64,000 nt of DNA from Minisyncoccia bacterium (lineage in GTDB: Bacteria > Patescibacteriota > Minisyncoccia > Phycocordibacterales > UBA918), in the NCBI GenBank assembly GCA_046598345.1, contig JBKJIT010000003.1, forward strand, positions 273,258 to 337,257, written 5' to 3'. Both the position numbers and the translations under genes were made by a program. Position 1 is the first letter of the stretch, and each line of letters starts with the position of its first letter. This document shows, one piece after another, positions 55,936-64,000 of this stretch. The notes beneath the pieces are model-generated. The model did no database searches. It was given only the letters and a program-made list of their open reading frames with translations, and was not told the origin of the DNA.

Positions 55936-58269
55936 TTACTTCATTACACTCACTGATGCAGTTCCACTATTTCCTCGCGCATCATATGCTTTTGCAGTAA
56001 TGGTATGAGAGCCTCCTGTAATCTTTCTGTGCTGGAAGCGGTAGCTATACGGAGCTGAAGTATCAGACCCTATCAGTGCATCATCAAGATAAAACTCTAC
56101 TTTCTTAACGCCTACATTATCTGAGGCAGTTGCAGAGAGTGTGTAGCTTTGACCAGTGAGTATCGCTCCATCAAGTGGTTGTGCTATCTGCACAACGGGT
56201 GCTGTAATATCCGCACTGTATACGATGTAAGTAGCTCCTGCAGAACCCTCGAGGCCGTTCCACGTTCCTTTTACGGTGAATGGGTACGAACCATCTCCTG
56301 TGCCACTGAGGGGAGAAACCACGAGCGAGGTGGTTGCCGTAGCACCCGACTGCAAAGTTGCAGAATTGGGAGAAAAGACGCCATTCCATCCTATAGGCAA
56401 TATAGATGAGAGGGCTATCATTGCTGGTTCGCAACTAGCAGAATTGGTGTTCTCTACACTTACACTGTACGTTGCGTTCCCGCTTCCCTGACCACTTTGA
56501 CTTCCTGGTGTAATGGTGACGAGGGGACTTCGTTGGGTGCAGGCAGGTGTACCAAAGGCAACTTCCACAGTCGCACCAGACGCACCTTCTGAGATTGTGG
56601 TGAATGTAAGTCCTGCGAGTGGATCACTATATGTTTGTCCGACGTCAAGAATCCAGTCAGAGGCAGAACTCTGATCAAGTTCGACGAGAGATACTGATGA
56701 GGGGGATGTTGGGCGCGCTGTGTGGAGGATGACTGCTTTCGCTACACTACCATCAAACCCAAGACCCGCACGGTACTCAAGATAGTAATACGTATTGGTG
56801 AGCGAATCTTTAAGCACTTTAAATCCTTTGACAGAGCCGTCTGCAGTTTCATAGGGTGAGAGGGTGTATGCGCCACTCTCGGTCACGGTTTGGAGAGGGG
56901 GAGATATACGATAATTCAACCAACCCAAACGCTCCTTTTGAAATGCATTAAAGTGGGCGCTTCCTCGACCCATGATGTCGAACCCATCTCCGTACTCCCA
57001 ATCACTACATGTCTGACCATCACAAGGAAGGGCGCGTGAGTGATAGAGACCAAAGTTGTGTCCCATTTCGTGGCCAATGACTGGAAGTGTGAAGCCCCAT
57101 TTTGCATGAATCCATGAATCCGAAGGAGTACCCCCTACCATTCCCATACCCCACCACGAACACGTGTTTTGAGGGAACGCATACACAAAGCGACTGTAGT
57201 TTGAAAGGGAGTACCCGGCTTTTGTAGCTTCCTGTTTTGCGTATGTCCTAATTGCAGCATAATCACACACAGAACTTTGAAGTGGAATCGTGTGCCAACC
57301 CGTTACATCGGCTGCATTTCCAACTGGAGTAGTGGCCAGGAGGGACGTTTGACCGTACGAATTTTCAAAATCAAAGTCACTGGTCGTTTTCATTGCAGTC
57401 TGTGCTTCTGCTTGTGTAAATGGCTGTGACGAAGGAGCATCACTAAAGTTCACCAAAATGACAAGTGTTTTAAGTTGACCCGTCGTATTCGCAAGGACTG
57501 TTGGTGTGCTCCCGAGGAGAGAAACTTGTGATTCCCCGAGCGCAGCAAAGGTGTCATCAATGCGCACTCCTTTAATGCGCACATGGTCTCCTGTAGTGAG
57601 CGCAGGAGCTTTCTCTCCAAAATATACAGCAACTTTTTTTCCATTCGTGTCAGTAAGGTTGTAGAGAAATTGTGATTTCTTTTCATGTACTTTTTCATGC
57701 TGCGGTCCCATTCCATCAATCCCATCTACATGGAAAACCTCAACTGTTCCTTCAATTTCTTCCTCTATTTCAAGAAATGCTTGGATTTCTGAGGGCATCT
57801 GTGCAGCAACTGAAGCGGGGAGGATGCTAAGGAGTGGAGAGAGATTTGGTTTTGGAAGTCCTTGTGCGGTGATTGCACTTGCGTGCTGAGTTTCATCCTC
57901 GAGGATATCGGTTGAATCAAATATCGTAATCTCCGCAAGAAGTAGTGCTTTACGCTCTTCAGCAATGCGCGTGGCTTTTGCAAGTAGCATCTCTCGTTCA
58001 GAGCCTGTCGCGATACTGTACTCTCCCACTGTGACGAGGAGCTCGTTCGTGAGGGATTCAAGTGTGGATGCCTGCTGTATTGTTACAGGAAAGATCGAAA
58101 AGGACATATCCTCAGTCGAAATATCAGAAATGATGCTCACGACCGCGGTTGTAACAAGGACACCGACTACAATGAGCGCAAGCACATGGTGGAAGCTCCG
58201 TCGCGGATCGCGGTGATATTTGCAGTAGGGGGTGTGCCGTGGTTTTGGTTGTAAGTCTGAATCCTTCAT
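55936..58269 (-). CDS. Secreted metzincin-type zinc metalloprotease with C-terminal Ig-like domains
   Basis: HEMGHNFGLYH = HExxHxxGxxH; N-terminal signal anchor; about 300 C-terminal residues of Thr/Ser/Gly-rich beta-sandwich-like repeats. Confidence 0.55.
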   Translation of the reverse strand: MKDSDLQPKPRHTPYCKYHRDPRRSFHHVLALIVVGVLVTTAVVSIISDISTEDMSFSIFPVTIQQASTLESLTNELLVTVGEYSIATGSEREMLLAKATRIAEERKALLLAEITIFDSTDILEDETQHASAITAQGLPKPNLSPLLSILPASVAAQMPSEIQAFLEIEEEIEGTVEVFHVDGIDGMGPQHEKVHEKKSQFLYNLTDTNGKKVAVYFGEKAPALTTGDHVRIKGVRIDDTFAALGESQVSLLGSTPTVLANTTGQLKTLVILVNFSDAPSSQPFTQAEAQTAMKTTSDFDFENSYGQTSLLATTPVGNAADVTGWHTIPLQSSVCDYAAIRTYAKQEATKAGYSLSNYSRFVYAFPQNTCSWWGMGMVGGTPSDSWIHAKWGFTLPVIGHEMGHNFGLYHSRALPCDGQTCSDWEYGDGFDIMGRGSAHFNAFQKERLGWLNYRISPPLQTVTESGAYTLSPYETADGSVKGFKVLKDSLTNTYYYLEYRAGLGFDGSVAKAVILHTARPTSPSSVSLVELDQSSASDWILDVGQTYSDPLAGLTFTTISEGASGATVEVAFGTPACTQRSPLVTITPGSQSGQGSGNATYSVSVENTNSASCEPAMIALSSILPIGWNGVFSPNSATLQSGATATTSLVVSPLSGTGDGSYPFTVKGTWNGLEGSAGATYIVYSADITAPVVQIAQPLDGAILTGQSYTLSATASDNVGVKKVEFYLDDALIGSDTSAPYSYRFQHRKITGGSHTITAKAYDARGNSGTASVSVMK

Positions 58270-58397
58270 GACAAATACATTATAAGTAAATCGCTCTTAT
58301 AGTATACGGGACGCACCTCTCTGTTTTTGTCCTGTGCACAGATTATGAAGATAAAAAATGCCGCCCGTATTCTCGGGCGGCTCTGATGACTTACCCT

Positions 58398-58727
58398 TCA
58401 GTGCACAAAGAGCGGAATGTAGATCGTCACTTTGTCCTCACTGCAAGCGCGGAAGCGACAGCTTTGGATTTCGGCCACGTGCACAACAAAGTTGAGCGAC
58501 ACGTCTTCCCCGGTATCTTTTTGGTAGCCGTGGAGCATGTAGGTGCCGTACTCGCCTTCCGTCATGGTGAACGGTCCCTGGAGTTCCCACATGAGTGCGT
58601 AGTACCGCTTTGTCTTGTTCTCACAAACCCAGACCGTCTCGGGGTGCATTGAAGTGTGTGCACGGAGTGCTCCAATGTGATCTGCACCTACTGCATGATG
58701 CGTTCTCTGAAGTGTTTCAGCATCCAT
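58398..58727 (-). CDS. Hypothetical protein (109 aa)
   Basis: AGGAGG RBS 8 nt upstream of ATG (MDAETL); the upstream ORF extension lacks an RBS. Confidence 0.4.
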   Translation of the reverse strand: MDAETLQRTHHAVGADHIGALRAHTSMHPETVWVCENKTKRYYALMWELQGPFTMTEGEYGTYMLHGYQKDTGEDVSLNFVVHVAEIQSCRFRACSEDKVTIYIPLFVH

Positions 58728-58969
58728 GAAATTCCTCCTGTTCTGTAGTGGATTGTCCGTTACCACTTTAGCATCTTTGGTTCTGAGTTCAATAGACCTT
58801 AGATCCAATTTTGATAGAAAAACCACGTGTGTCTAAGGAATTCGGACTGATGGATATTCCTCTTTATATGTAATACAGCTGTGCGTGCCGTGGATGAGCC
58901 GAAAAAATACCTTCATTCGTATGTCATAATAGTTTTAGGCTTATTACTATAACCCTATACTAATTTAAT

Positions 58970-61513
58970 ATGCTGTTGCTACTAACTATTGGTTTCTTAT
59001 ATCTCTTTTTCTCGCACACCAATTTAAGTACAAAAGTTCGAGAGCTTGAAGAAAAGATTGCTCGAGAAAAGCGAAGTGTGGCGCCACAAGCGGTACAGCA
59101 GAGCGGGATACCACCTATACAAGTAGCGCAATCAGCGTCGGTGTCTCCTAGTGTGGCGCCTACCTCCGCTCCAACTCGGCTCGACCCTATTATACCTCTA
59201 CAGACACCTCAAGCTGTGCCTCAGCCTCACGTTCCTACTCCACCAAATCCCCTCATTGAGTGGCTTTCTGAAAATACACTCATCAAAATTGGGGCACTCT
59301 TGTTTTTCCTCGGAGCGGTATGGTTTGTGAGCTATGCTATTTCGGAGGGGTGGATTAGCCTACTCATGCGTATTCTTCTTGGCATCTCGCTCGGTATCGG
59401 AGTATTGGCTGTGGGGTGGTGGCGAAGGAACGTGGAGGAAGAGCAGTATCTTGTTCTCACAACTCTTGGAGTGGGGATTATCATTGCGAGCATCTACGCT
59501 GGGCAATTCTTGTACAAGCTGTTTCCGATCTCATTTGCGCTTTCTCTTGTCATTCTGACGATTGCCTATGCCGTGTGGGTGAGTGTGCAGGCAAAGCGTG
59601 AGTGGCTCTGCGTACTCGCAGCCGTCGCTGCACTCACTGCGCCAATTCTTGTAAACGCTTCCATAACAGTTCCGTCGCTCTTCCTTTTGTACCTACTCGC
59701 GGTAACGTGCGCATTCCTCGGTGTGGTTTTTCTCACAAACTGGCGAACGGTGACCCTGGCACTACTCGTAGGTACCAGTTTCTTTCTCTGGGCAGTATTT
59801 CTACAGGAAAGAATGCAACCCGGAATGCTCTGGCTCTTCGTAATTGTATTTACGCTTGTGTTTTACGTAGCAAGTTCGGTGAGTATGTATCGGAATAATA
59901 AAGTCGCGAGCGTAGACATTCTTACCCTGGGTATTTCAATCGTTGCCTTTGTGGGGTGGACCCACGCGCTTGTCGTCATTGATGGGCTTGCAACATTTGT
60001 CGCTGCTCTCATTACCTGTCTGACCGGATACATGCTCTATGCAGCAGGGAAGTCAGAGAAATTAGTCAGTGTGTATGCTGGCATGTCCACGATCCTTCTT
60101 CTTGTTGCGACCGCGTTCACCTTCGAAGGATACACGCTCACCATGGTGTATACGCTTGAGGTGGCTGTGGCACTCATGCTCTCAATGCATTTGCGACTTC
60201 CTCAAAAAGCCACCATTCTTACCGCATGTGCTTTTGCATTACCGCTGCTTACATCCACGTACGATATTATTGCGCCCGAGTGGAATGTAGGTGTCACTCA
60301 TGGTTCAGCAATAGCGATATACACGATCGTCCTCGCGACCGCTCTGGTGAGCATGTACGCAATTTCCCAATCAAGGAAGACAAACGAATCACTGTACCAA
60401 GCGATTGGTGGAGTATTCGGATTTGTATTCTGGCTGTACGCATGTCTCTGTGCTTGGCTCGTCTGGGGCAGTCTTTTCTCGGGAGGGGCAGCGCTCACGC
60501 TGCAATACGTTTCGTGGGCGGTCATAAGTGTACTCATGCTCACGTACGTGGTTGGAATGCGACTCCCGTCCGCATGGCAGAGCTTAGTGTTAGTCAGTTT
60601 TGTTCTACCGCTCCTTGTCTCTATCAATTCAATCTGGGATGTGTCCTGGAAAACGTCGGCGAGCCACCCAGCGGCGTTCGGGTTGTACTTCATGACACTT
60701 CTCACCCTAGGTCTTGCATTGTGGGGAATCGGGAGGGGACTTCGTGCTACTGAAAAAGACACGCTCCTCATGGGAGGTGGATGGATGATTATATTTTGGT
60801 TGTATGCACTCACGACACTTTCACTTCTGTGGAGTGCAATATTTCAGGATCTGGAAATCGCCAATGTCCTTCGCTATGTGTCGTGGGGTCTTGTGAGTTA
60901 TGCACTCGTTCAAGGCGCGCTGCATTTCCGTGTACCGACCACTTGGCTCGTCACTGCACTTCTCTCGTTCACGCTGCCGGTCCTTGCATCATTGTCGTCA
61001 TTTACGAGCTACGCGTGGGCTGGTTCCTTCACGCATGCAGCAGCAATTGGTCTCTATACCCTCACTACACTCTTGCTGCTTACCGCACTTTCTCTTTCTC
61101 GCAATCGTGTGGCGTATCATGGAGATCAGGTACTTCTCACGGCTTCAATTCCGCCACTTTGGGTACTCACCGGGTTATACCTCATCGCACTCGTATGGCG
61201 TATTGCGCATGCTGTTTTTCTTTCGCCGGACGTCGCTGTTTCAGTGGCACTCTTCGTGTACACCGTTACGGGCCTCGCACTCTATTCTTTGGGAAAATCG
61301 CACCACATGGAACATATTCGGTATGCGGGGGTCTTGTTACTAGGGGGAGTGGTCGCACGCCTTCTCATTATTGATGTCTGGAATATGGAGATGCTCGGCC
61401 GAATTGTGACCTTCCTCGGAGTAGGGTTCCTGTTCATTCTTACTGCGCTCTTCGAAAAACCATTTAAGAAAGTAGACAATGAGGAAAAACCTGCTGGTGA
61501 GAATCTGCAGTAG
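58970..61513 (+). CDS. Large polytopic membrane protein with internally duplicated TM modules (DUF2339-like)
   Basis: 847 aa; N-terminal TM, coiled coil, Pro/Ala/Gln-rich linker, then 20 or more TM helices including repeats LQYVSWAVISVL.../LRYVSWGLVSYAL... Confidence 0.45.
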   Translation: MLLLLTIGFLYLFFSHTNLSTKVRELEEKIAREKRSVAPQAVQQSGIPPIQVAQSASVSPSVAPTSAPTRLDPIIPLQTPQAVPQPHVPTPPNPLIEWLSENTLIKIGALLFFLGAVWFVSYAISEGWISLLMRILLGISLGIGVLAVGWWRRNVEEEQYLVLTTLGVGIIIASIYAGQFLYKLFPISFALSLVILTIAYAVWVSVQAKREWLCVLAAVAALTAPILVNASITVPSLFLLYLLAVTCAFLGVVFLTNWRTVTLALLVGTSFFLWAVFLQERMQPGMLWLFVIVFTLVFYVASSVSMYRNNKVASVDILTLGISIVAFVGWTHALVVIDGLATFVAALITCLTGYMLYAAGKSEKLVSVYAGMSTILLLVATAFTFEGYTLTMVYTLEVAVALMLSMHLRLPQKATILTACAFALPLLTSTYDIIAPEWNVGVTHGSAIAIYTIVLATALVSMYAISQSRKTNESLYQAIGGVFGFVFWLYACLCAWLVWGSLFSGGAALTLQYVSWAVISVLMLTYVVGMRLPSAWQSLVLVSFVLPLLVSINSIWDVSWKTSASHPAAFGLYFMTLLTLGLALWGIGRGLRATEKDTLLMGGGWMIIFWLYALTTLSLLWSAIFQDLEIANVLRYVSWGLVSYALVQGALHFRVPTTWLVTALLSFTLPVLASLSSFTSYAWAGSFTHAAAIGLYTLTTLLLLTALSLSRNRVAYHGDQVLLTASIPPLWVLTGLYLIALVWRIAHAVFLSPDVAVSVALFVYTVTGLALYSLGKSHHMEHIRYAGVLLLGGVVARLLIIDVWNMEMLGRIVTFLGVGFLFILTALFEKPFKKVDNEEKPAGENLQ

Positions 61514-61592
61514 GTTTTATTGGCAGGATAATCGCACATAAACGAAAAACAGCTCCAGCGACGGAACTGTTTCCGTACACTGAAGCTGTACC

Positions 61593-62030
61593 TTACTTCG
61601 CGGGCATCCAAACCCAGAACAAACCTACCGGAACCATCATTACCCGTCCTTTTCTGAGCATGGCCGATAGACTGGTAAATTTCATGGCTCCCCGAGCACC
61701 TAGGATGTTGAAAAATGCTAATGCAAATAGCACACCGAAGGTATCGAAACTCATCCACCCAAAGTATGTTTGGAAACCGTCATCAACGAGAGTAGTAAAC
61801 CACTGCAAGGTAAATAGATCGATCACCGGGAAGGCAAGCAAAAACCAGGCGCCACCAGAGGCATACGAGAAGATCTCAAACGCAATGATTTCTCGGCTGC
61901 CTGCTAGTCTGTTTATGATAGCTGTGGATCTCTCAATCCCGTGTGTACGTTTGAGATAAACATAGAAAATCAGAAGAGCTGCAGTAACTACGGAATATAG
62001 ACTTGCAAAGAAGCAGACAAAGAAAAACAT
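61593..62030 (-). CDS. Hypothetical membrane protein (145 aa)
   Basis: Four predicted TM helices. Confidence 0.4.
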   Translation of the reverse strand: MFFFVCFFASLYSVVTAALLIFYVYLKRTHGIERSTAIINRLAGSREIIAFEIFSYASGGAWFLLAFPVIDLFTLQWFTTLVDDGFQTYFGWMSFDTFGVLFALAFFNILGARGAMKFTSLSAMLRKGRVMMVPVGLFWVWMPAK

Positions 62031-62281
62031 TTTTTCTCCTGTTCAGGGTTGTGGGGTGAGTCGTAGAATTCAAAAAGCTACCTTGCTCTTAGTATTAAAT
62101 CATTTTTTTTTTATAAAAGTCAATAACGTTGAACCTCAAATCCCGTCTCACTAAAAAAGCCTTGTAAAACAAGACTTTTCCAAGTGTGCGCCGAACTGGA
62201 GACGGTTTAAACCTCATGTTAATTTAAAACGAAAAGAGGTCTATAAGAAGACGGGGTTTAACTCACCCGAAACCCTGGGTT

Positions 62282-63811
62282 CTATTCCAGATAGCGGTCT
62301 GCTTCAGAAAAATCATCCCATCCTTCTTCCGCCTCACCGCCTCGTTGTATAGCATCAATCCCTTCCGCGTATTCATCAACCTCTATTCTCCATTGGTCAA
62401 CACCTTTCTGTACTCTGCCGCTTTTAATCTTTTCACAATTTTCTACGACTTCCGGCTGGCTTCTAGCACTTGCAAACAGGGGATCGTCGAGCAAGTCACA
62501 GAGTCCATCGCCAAACTGAACCATCTTGTCCATATTTCCACCCATGGTGTCACCAAATTTTTTCAAGCCTGCTTCATCGAAGGACTCGATACCAACCATG
62601 CTCGTTACACCAACCCCAAGCATTTCCATGATAACTGTTGAATTGTGTCGTAAGAGGGGATCTGTACTTGCGGTGTCTTCACGAACGCGTCCAGTGGAAT
62701 CATCGAGTGTTAAACTCGCAATAATATCATCGGAAAGTCGACTTGCGATTTCTGCTCCTGCGCTCCCAGTATCGTCAAGTCCGAGTGCTTGCATTTGCTG
62801 CAATACTTCAACTGCATCAATAAGCGGACGATCTGCCTCCCTGTCCACCAACCGAGCGCGTTCAAGGAGGAGCTTCTCTGCTCGAATTCTGCATGTCTCC
62901 TCCACAGCGGTATACCCGCCTGCGGCAGCAGCTTGCATAGCAATCATGGCGTCTTCATAGGTTGTTTGAGGAAGGTTGCAGCGAAATTGCAAATATCCAT
63001 CGAAAAGTTCATAGGCATGCGCTTTAGAAATCAGACTTACGCTATCACTGAGACTCTCTTCAAGCTTAATAGCCAAATAGAGTTCATTTAACTCAGGTTC
63101 TTCTTGATTCAAAACTAGGGCAACTTCTTCTTTTAGTAGTTTTGTTTCTTTTGCAGTTAAATCTGTAAGATTAGTAAGTCCAGCGTCGAGCGTAGTGAGT
63201 CTGTCATCTCCTTGCGAAAGAGTTTCTTTTGCAGCGGCAGTTCCGAGTGTTGCGTCATCACTCACTCCGTACCAACCGCCGGTAGTAATCAAACCAGGCA
63301 TATAGTTTTTCACAACGAGTGCACGTTGTGTGGCGGCAAGTCCTATTTCACCCGTGTCGCTGTGATAGCTGAGCACATATGGTCTTGTTTTGTACGCCTT
63401 GCTTTCAGCTAAGCGCCAGTTAAATGAGAGGGTAACCGGTTTGGTAAACGCAATATTCTCAGGTTCAACTTTTACACCCGACCGTAGGCCTGTTGTGCTC
63501 GGTTTGAGTGGTGTAAGGGTAATTTCCGTATCAACTGCTAGGGCGCCAGCAGGGACTTTCAAAACAGTAACGATGCCGTTTTCGTCAACTGCTCGCACGA
63601 TGCCACCTTCTGTGGCTGTGATACGCGCTGATTGTGCAAGGCCTTCATGTAAAGCTGGCTCCGAGATTTTAGAAATAGCTTTCGAGGGTGATTGTAAGGC
63701 GCCAGACGAGTAGCTTTGATACAAAAACCACACAGCTCCGACTACGAGTATGACTCCAATTCCTATAAAGATTTTCTTACGCCCACCAGTGCTCGAATTT
63801 TGCATACCCAA
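62282..63811 (-). CDS. Hypothetical secreted or membrane-anchored protein (509 aa)
   Basis: N-terminal signal anchor followed by a large soluble domain; no motifs recognised. Confidence 0.4.
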   Translation of the reverse strand: MGMQNSSTGGRKKIFIGIGVILVVGAVWFLYQSYSSGALQSPSKAISKISEPALHEGLAQSARITATEGGIVRAVDENGIVTVLKVPAGALAVDTEITLTPLKPSTTGLRSGVKVEPENIAFTKPVTLSFNWRLAESKAYKTRPYVLSYHSDTGEIGLAATQRALVVKNYMPGLITTGGWYGVSDDATLGTAAAKETLSQGDDRLTTLDAGLTNLTDLTAKETKLLKEEVALVLNQEEPELNELYLAIKLEESLSDSVSLISKAHAYELFDGYLQFRCNLPQTTYEDAMIAMQAAAAGGYTAVEETCRIRAEKLLLERARLVDREADRPLIDAVEVLQQMQALGLDDTGSAGAEIASRLSDDIIASLTLDDSTGRVREDTASTDPLLRHNSTVIMEMLGVGVTSMVGIESFDEAGLKKFGDTMGGNMDKMVQFGDGLCDLLDDPLFASARSQPEVVENCEKIKSGRVQKGVDQWRIEVDEYAEGIDAIQRGGEAEEGWDDFSEADRYLE

Positions 63812-64000
63812 TTAACGCTAATATGTTAGTGAATTAATAAGAATCTAATTCAGTATACAAGATGCCCTCATCAAAAAATGCTCACAGTGGGTAATACAGC
63901 AGTCGAAATAGGTATATTGAGAGGGGGAGGAAAAACGCCCAAGATTGAATATTTGAGCTGATATACTTATGAAGAACTCTATAGTAGATAAATTTTTACA

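Overview
The window reads as a gene-dense, reduced bacterial genome, probably Patescibacteria/CPR-like. Supporting signs are a short IF-2, a ValRS without the C-terminal coiled coil, a TsaD with an insertion, several pilin-like small proteins and many small membrane proteins; this is inference, not a database result. Core genes present: murJ (5' partial), lepA, valS, tsaD, an ABC exporter, trxB, ftsZ-ftsA, ybeY, rpsU, hisS-like, lepB, pth, rpsA, gyrA, trhO, rbfA-infB, a cysteine desulfurase and clpB. Ten tRNA genes fall in four loci: Arg-CCT and Phe-GAA; Val-GAC; Glu-TTC and Ser-CGA; Cys-GCA, Leu-TAA, Lys-CTT and Leu-TAG. Two AT-rich accessory islands sit next to tRNA loci. Island 1 (about 16.6-22.3 kb) carries a 919-aa MmeI-family Type IIL restriction-modification enzyme followed by five uncharacterised genes: a 173-aa ORF, a small GKWVA-motif protein paired with a retropepsin-like aspartyl protease, a possible HhH-like protein and a NYN nuclease. 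It ends at a tRNA-Ser locus with 5' and 3' tRNA-fragment duplications. Island 2 (about 46.3-49.0 kb) carries a TM+wHTH+Cas2-like (PaaX-C-like) protein whose start is overlapped by a 20-bp perfect palindrome, plus acidic and coiled-coil proteins, ending at a 4-tRNA cluster. Other notable items are an operon of a SAM-methyltransferase, a solute-binding-like protein and four paralogous secreted pilin-like (TrbC/VirB2-type topology) proteins, the first fused to a Cys-rich ectodomain; an ~86-nt palindrome built from an inverted copy of the tRNA-Phe 3' end; a ~115-nt-period degenerate tandem repeat with compensatory hairpin changes, a candidate structured RNA; and several unannotated small hydrophobic peptides with strong RBSs. 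No rRNA, CRISPR array, transposase or integrase was found.
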